From: a virus
Taxonomy: Duplodnaviria; Heunggongvirae; Uroviricota; Caudoviricetes
Virus record (IMG/VR): IMGVR_UViG_2563366978_000009
Coordinates: 1 to 39,954 of that record
Direction: 5' to 3' (one strand)
DNA length: 39,954 nt
Shown here: positions 35,465 to 39,954 of the stretch, one piece after another
How the letters are laid out: each line of letters opens with the position of its first letter
Position numbering within the stretch: position 1 is the stretch's first letter
Notes under the pieces: model-generated
Databases searched by the model: none
What the model was told of the DNA's origin: nothing
The model's input: the letters and a program-made list of their open reading frames with translations, nothing else
Position numbers and translations under genes: made by a program

Positions 35465-36049
35465 ATGAAAAGTATCCAGGACGTCCGCAGGCAAAATCTC
35501 AACGACTTGATCGACCGTGAATTCAATGGTGTTCAGACGCGGATGGCAGAAAAACTTGGAACTCAGGCAAATCTGGTAAACCGCTGGGCTCTTGGCAAGA
35601 AGGTTATCGGCGACCAGGTTGCGCGAAAAATTGAAGCTGCCGCCAATAAACCCCGTAACTGGCTTGATATCGATCGCTCGCTTTCTCAGGAAGGTTTTCA
35701 GCCTGTCGGCCCGAGTGATATAGGTCAGCTGGCTGCTCACAACCTGGAACGCTGGATGAGCGAAAGCCGCGACCTTTCAACGCAGGGAAAACTACACCGC
35801 GCATCCGGCGTCGCCCAGGTGACAATCAGCCGCCTGTTAAACAATGAGGTCAGCGTTTCCATTTCCACCCTGGAGAATGTTGCATCCGCATTTGGGCGTC
35901 ACGGATATGAATTACTGATTCACCCGCACGACCCCGCGACTATCAACTATGACCGCTCGCGCTACGCATTGTTACCTGAAACAGAGAAGGCAAAGATCGA
36001 AAGTTACATTGAATTTGTCATCAACCAGAACGAAAAAAACAAACAATAA
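35465..36049 (+). CDS. Prophage repressor-like protein with two tandem HTH (XRE-type) domains and no S24 peptidase domain
   Basis: 194 aa; HTH-like segments at about aa 20-45 and 120-150; no Ser/Lys autocleavage domain; operators on both sides. Confidence 0.6.
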   Translation: MKSIQDVRRQNLNDLIDREFNGVQTRMAEKLGTQANLVNRWALGKKVIGDQVARKIEAAANKPRNWLDIDRSLSQEGFQPVGPSDIGQLAAHNLERWMSESRDLSTQGKLHRASGVAQVTISRLLNNEVSVSISTLENVASAFGRHGYELLIHPHDPATINYDRSRYALLPETEKAKIESYIEFVINQNEKNKQ

Positions 36050-36071
36050 AATCATATTTTTCAGTAAGTAA

Positions 36072-36093
36072 GCCGCCTTATGGCGGCTTTTTT
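36072..36093 (+). terminator. Rho-independent terminator after the repressor gene
   Basis: GCCGCC TTAT GGCGGC followed by six T. Confidence 0.7.
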
Positions 36094-36106
36094 ATTGCCT
36101 GTTCGA

Positions 36107-36121
36107 TTACCTAACGGGTAA
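36107..36121. promoter_or_regulatory. Operator palindrome TTACC-N5-GGTAA (perfect), upstream of a -35
   Basis: TTACCTAACGGGTAA. Confidence 0.55.
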
Positions 36122-36140
36122 TTTTTTTAACTCATATCTA

Positions 36141-36183
36141 TTGACATCAAACCAAATACACATAATTATTACCTCAACGGTAA
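36141..36183 (+). promoter_or_regulatory. pL-like promoter: TTGACA -35 with operator TTACC-N5-GGTAA (36169..36183) over the -10 and start region
   Basis: TTGACA at 36141..36146; AT-rich -10 candidates around 36161..36169; perfect operator TTACCTCAACGGTAA; then GAGG RBS and ATG at 36203. Confidence 0.55.
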
Positions 36184-36202
36184 CAGACCGAGGTAACAAA
36201 TT

Positions 36203-36355
36203 ATGCAGTGGAAAATCATCAGCGGTTGGTACTGCGTTACTGCATGCGGATTCATGAGCTGGAAGTTCCGCACCTTACAGGAAGGCATTAAGTGGGCTTT
36301 CGTCAGCAAAGAAGCTCGCGATGTGGCCAACGATAACGAGATATGGGAGGGCTGA
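36203..36355 (+). CDS. Small Cys/Trp-rich protein (50 aa), first gene of the plus-strand operon
   Basis: GAGG RBS 9 nt upstream; below the track cutoff; Kil-like by position only. Confidence 0.35.
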   Translation: MQWKIISGWYCVTACGFMSWKFRTLQEGIKWAFVSKEARDVANDNEIWEG

Positions 36356-36357
36356 TA

Positions 36358-36657
36358 ATGAACGTTAATCAGCAGAAAAATCTTCAAAAAATCATGCTGG
36401 CATTCGACAAGGACTATCGCCTGTCAGAACAGCTATATGACCGACAAGTTGAACTGATTGAGAGTATCCGGCTTCATCAACTGGCATCAACTTTCGACGT
36501 TGTAACAGTTAAAGGCGTTCGCCAGGAAGTACTGGAGGCCGCTAAAGACAGCCCTGAGTTCGAAGAACTAATGGATGCCTACCGGCGCGAGGCAATGGCA
36601 ATTATCGCCCGCTGGGATCTGGCTGATCAGCTTGATGGGCAGAGGGACGCGGCATGA
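36358..36657 (+). CDS. Hypothetical early protein
   Basis: Start MNVNQQ with GGGAGGG RBS; ATGA-type overlap with the next gene. Confidence 0.5.
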   Translation: MNVNQQKNLQKIMLAFDKDYRLSEQLYDRQVELIESIRLHQLASTFDVVTVKGVRQEVLEAAKDSPEFEELMDAYRREAMAIIARWDLADQLDGQRDAA

Positions 36658-37475
36658 AACCGGGAATTTATTTCGACATCAGCAACGAAGACTACCACGC
36701 CGGTGACGGCGTGAGTAAGTCGCAACTGGACATGGTTGCCAAGAATCCGGCGCTTCTTAAATGGGTTCAGGCAGCACCAGAAGACGAAGAGAAAAAGTCT
36801 GCACTGGATATGGGAACCGCATTGCACTGTCTGCTTCTGGAGCCTGGAGAGTTCGACAAACGCTTCATTGTTTCACCAAAGTTCGATCGTCGGACGAAAC
36901 AAGGTAAAGCTGACGAAGAAGCATTTCTTCGTGATGTAGCGGATATGGGGATTGCGTTACTTGATGCCGAGCAGTGGCGGAAACTTGAGCTGATGCGTGA
37001 TAGCGCAATGGCTCACCCGGCGGCACGCTGGATGCTGGAAGCACCTGGTTACTGCGAAGCATCAATGTACTGGAACGATGAAGAGACTGGTGAGTTGTGC
37101 CGAATTCGTCCAGACAAATGGCTGAACGAGCACAACGTGATCGTCGACGTGAAAAAGGTTGCAGATATGGACCGTTTTGCACGCCACATCGAGGAATTCC
37201 GCTACCACGTGCAGGACGCAATGTACCGCGAAGGCGCAATGAGGGTTACTGGTCAGCCGCATGGTTTTTTCTTTCTTGCCGTGAGCGAAAGCATTGATTG
37301 TGGTCGGTATCCGGTACGCGTGTTCGAGCTGGATGCGCAGGATGTCGATGCCGGGCACGCTCTGTTCCGCCGGGATCTGAATACCTATCACGAATGCCGC
37401 ATCAATGATGAATGGGGCGGTGTGGAAATCATTAAACGCCCTGAGTGGGCACGCAAACAGGATATGTACATATGA
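36654..37475 (+). CDS. PD-(D/E)xK exonuclease, RecE/exonuclease VIII C-domain-like
   Basis: 273 aa; GTALHCLLLEP and IVDVKKV blocks consistent with a PD-(D/E)xK fold; directly upstream of the annealing-protein gene. Confidence 0.55.
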   Translation: MKPGIYFDISNEDYHAGDGVSKSQLDMVAKNPALLKWVQAAPEDEEKKSALDMGTALHCLLLEPGEFDKRFIVSPKFDRRTKQGKADEEAFLRDVADMGIALLDAEQWRKLELMRDSAMAHPAARWMLEAPGYCEASMYWNDEETGELCRIRPDKWLNEHNVIVDVKKVADMDRFARHIEEFRYHVQDAMYREGAMRVTGQPHGFFFLAVSESIDCGRYPVRVFELDAQDVDAGHALFRRDLNTYHECRINDEWGGVEIIKRPEWARKQDMYI

Positions 37476-38413
37476 GCAACGACATCGCAAACATCAACGC
37501 ACCAGTAGACACAGCAATCGCTGGAACTGCTGCAACTATTTTCAGCCCAGACGGCTTGAACCAACTGATGAAATTCGCCGAGGTAATGGCGCAAAGCCGC
37601 GTAACGGTACCGGCGCACCTCGCCGGGAAACCAGCTGATTGCATGGCCGTGGCAATGCAGGCTGCGCAGTGGGGAATGAACCCGTTTGCCGTGGCTCAGA
37701 AAACCCATGTTGTGAACGGCACGCTAGGTTATGAAGCCCAATTAGTAAACGCAGTTATCTCAACGATGTCGCCAACAAAAGATCGCATCAACTACGAGTG
37801 GTTCGGGCCGTGGGAACGCGTGATCGGTAAGTTTGTTGAGAAAACATCCAAAAACGGCAATCCATATATCGCACCAGGCTGGACTCTAAAAGACGAAGAA
37901 GGCTGCGGTGTTCGCGTATGGGCAACCATGAAGGGCGAGGATCAACCTCGAGTGCTTGAGTTAATGCTGTCTCAAGCACAGGTAAGAAACTCCACACTTT
38001 GGGCCAGTGATCCGAAACAACAACTCGCATACCTTGCGACAAAACGCTGGTCTCGCCTGCACTGTCCTGACGTAATCATGGGCGTCTACACCCCAGACGA
38101 ATTACAGGAAACGGCACCGCGCGTTGAGCGAGACATTACTCCGCAAACGACCACTGCTGCGGGAATGAACAGTCTGATCAACGCTAAACCAGCGAAAAAG
38201 CCTGATGAGCAAACGCGTAAATCGGACAGCCGTGATCCAGAAGAAATGCTGATGGCCTTTACCAGCGCAGCGATGAATTACAGCACTGTCTCCGAACTGG
38301 ATAAGGCTTACAAATACATTGCACAAAAACTTTCAGATGATGACGAACTGCTGGCAAAAGCAACCGACGTTTACAGCGTTCGTCGGGAAGAATTAAACGA
38401 AACATCTATGTAA
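37472..38413 (+). CDS. Single-strand annealing protein, Bet/RecT family
   Basis: Start MSNDIANINAP; blocks AAQWGMNPFAVAQKTHVVNG and ERDITP parallel lambda Bet (ANQYGLNPWTKEIY...NG, ERDITP) as recalled. Confidence 0.65.
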   Translation: MSNDIANINAPVDTAIAGTAATIFSPDGLNQLMKFAEVMAQSRVTVPAHLAGKPADCMAVAMQAAQWGMNPFAVAQKTHVVNGTLGYEAQLVNAVISTMSPTKDRINYEWFGPWERVIGKFVEKTSKNGNPYIAPGWTLKDEEGCGVRVWATMKGEDQPRVLELMLSQAQVRNSTLWASDPKQQLAYLATKRWSRLHCPDVIMGVYTPDELQETAPRVERDITPQTTTAAGMNSLINAKPAKKPDEQTRKSDSRDPEEMLMAFTSAAMNYSTVSELDKAYKYIAQKLSDDDELLAKATDVYSVRREELNETSM

Positions 38414-38462
38414 CCACCACCGCGGCGCCACGTGCGCCGCACTGCAACCAAGAGAGGTATTC

Positions 38463-38711
38463 ATGAAAGGTGCATTAGGTAAGAAAGAACTCCTGGCGGT
38501 GGTGCCACTGTCATGGAGCACTATCGACCGTATGGAGCGCGCAGGGGAATTTCCTAAACGCTGGTATATCACCGATAAACGCTGCGCATGGAACCGTGAT
38601 GAAGTTGAGCGTTGGCTTGATGAACGTCAGGCAGCAAGCCCGGCAGAGTTCCAGGGTAAAAAGCCTCCTGTTCAGCAACGTGTATATCGTCCCGTGAGCA
38701 ACGCTGCATGA
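38463..38711 (+). CDS. AlpA-family DNA-binding protein (excisionase-like regulator)
   Basis: 82 aa; LLAVVPLSWSTIDRMERAGEFPKRWYITDKRCAWNRDEVERWL fits the AlpA pattern. Confidence 0.6.
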   Translation: MKGALGKKELLAVVPLSWSTIDRMERAGEFPKRWYITDKRCAWNRDEVERWLDERQAASPAEFQGKKPPVQQRVYRPVSNAA

Positions 38712-38820
38712 GTGCGCTGCTAAGGCACTGGAGCAAATGGTCAGGATGGTACTTATTCCTGGCCTCTGTTTCAGCATGGCTTTATCTGCTGGCATTAATT
38801 TTCAGAGAGGGTTGGATTAA

Positions 38821-39120
38821 GTGAGAAAGTTAAGCCGACTTGAAAAATATCACATGAATAAGGTTTCAATGCGCAGTCCGTCAAAGATTGTCGCCGTTAC
38901 TCCTGCGGCGATAGAGATCGAAAAACGCGCGATTGAAAGAGAGAAAAAAGGGCAATTCCGCATTGCCGCTCACCTTTGGCTTCAGTGTATGGATGTTGCT
39001 TCTGGTGATGTTGAACGTGCAAGGATCGCGGTTCGCAGGGACCAATGTATCACAAAAGGTAACGGCCTTCGCCGTGGCGACTATAGCGGCATAGGATGTT
39101 GTGGGGTGGTTTATGACTAA
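38821..39120 (+). CDS. Hypothetical protein
   Basis: Track ORF starts at GTG 38821; alternative ATG at 38854; no family recognised. Confidence 0.35.
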   Translation: MRKLSRLEKYHMNKVSMRSPSKIVAVTPAAIEIEKRAIEREKKGQFRIAAHLWLQCMDVASGDVERARIAVRRDQCITKGNGLRRGDYSGIGCCGVVYD

Positions 39121-39763
39121 GAAATACACACTAATCTATGCAGATCCACCCTGGGTATACCGGGACAAAGCCGCAGATGGTAATCGCGGTGCCGGTTTTA
39201 AATATCCGGTTATGAGTGTGCTGGATATCTGCCGCCTTCCTGTGTGGGATTTGGCCGATGAAAACTGTCTGTTGGCCATGTGGTGGGTGCCAACACAACC
39301 ACTCGAAGCACTAAAAGTTGTTGAAGCCTGGGGATTCCGTCTGATGACGATGAAGGGCTTCACGTGGATAAAATGTGGTAGTCGACAACCAGATAAACTG
39401 GTTATGGGTATGGGACACATGACTCGCGCCAATAGTGAAGATTGCCTGTTTGCGGTAAAGGGAAAACTACCTACGCGCATTAATGCAGGGATCGTTCAGT
39501 CATTTACCGCACCGCGGCTTGAGCATTCAAGAAAGCCAGATATCGTTCGTGAAAAACTTGTGCAATTATTAGGCGATGTTTCTCGCATTGAACTGTTCGC
39601 CCGCCAGTCGTCTCATGGCTTCGATGTTTGGGGTAATCAGTGCGAAGACCCAGCCGTGCAACTACACCCAGGATACGCGTTGGATATTGGCGGATTAACA
39701 AATGCATTCAGCAATGCTCCGCTGTCACCAACAGACAACCAGGGGAGGGAGCGTGCAGCATGA
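39113..39763 (+). CDS. DNA N6-adenine methyltransferase, MT-A70 family
   Basis: Start MTKKYTLIYADPPW with GGTGG RBS; DPPW catalytic motif near the N-terminus. Confidence 0.7.
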   Translation: MTKKYTLIYADPPWVYRDKAADGNRGAGFKYPVMSVLDICRLPVWDLADENCLLAMWWVPTQPLEALKVVEAWGFRLMTMKGFTWIKCGSRQPDKLVMGMGHMTRANSEDCLFAVKGKLPTRINAGIVQSFTAPRLEHSRKPDIVREKLVQLLGDVSRIELFARQSSHGFDVWGNQCEDPAVQLHPGYALDIGGLTNAFSNAPLSPTDNQGRERAA

Positions 39764-39954
39764 ACAGGGCATCACCAGCAGATTTAAGGAAATGCCTTGA
39801 AACTGCAAACATGCTTGCACACAGCGGGATCAGGTTTGTTCCAATTCCCGCTGTCACTGATGCTGAATTTGCAACGCTGTCAGCAATATTCGCAGACAAA
39901 ATTGAATCACTGGCAGCAGAAGCCGAGATGGAAGAAAATCAGCAGAATAATTAA
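39760..39954 (+). CDS. Hypothetical protein
   Basis: Start MNRASPADLRK with GGGAGGGAG RBS, ATGA overlap with the methyltransferase stop; stop TAA at the window end. Confidence 0.5.
   Translation: MNRASPADLRKCLETANMLAHSGIRFVPIPAVTDAEFATLSAIFADKIESLAAEAEMEENQQNN

Larger units (their letters stand above)
1180..39954. mobile_element. Prophage: T7-type virion module plus lambdoid immunity/replication module; right end beyond window
   Basis: Continuous phage gene content from the lysis cassette to the methyltransferase; host-type genes only at 1..1071; no integrase in the window. Left boundary approximate. Confidence 0.85.

Overview
Nearly the whole window is one prophage (about 1180 to the window end; right end and integrase are not in the window). 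It sits beside two host-type envelope genes (yfgH/yfgI-like), with a remnant of the guaA 3' end at the junction. Minus strand, transcribed right to left: cro-like, O/P-like replication genes with an in-gene iteron origin, small early genes, terminase, portal, scaffold, capsid, T7-type tail-tube and internal virion proteins (gp11/12/14/15/16-like), tailspike, then a lysis cassette (holin-like, GH19 endolysin, Rz with embedded Rz1). Plus strand: a tandem-HTH repressor with no peptidase domain, then a recombination operon (PD-(D/E)xK exonuclease, Bet/RecT-like annealing protein, AlpA-like regulator, MT-A70 methyltransferase). Two AT-rich cargo islands interrupt the virion module: 6.5-10.7 kb (LexA-boxed small antirepressor paralog, membrane zinc-ribbon protein, AntA-type antirepressor, YafO-like toxin module, secreted proteins) and 26.1-27.6 kb (tRNA-Arg UCU and a membrane coiled-coil protein). 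The most striking signal is a TTACC-N5-GGTAA palindrome present in about 14 copies, all in intergenic promoter regions. All protein assignments come from reading the translations and recalled family motifs; no database search was run.
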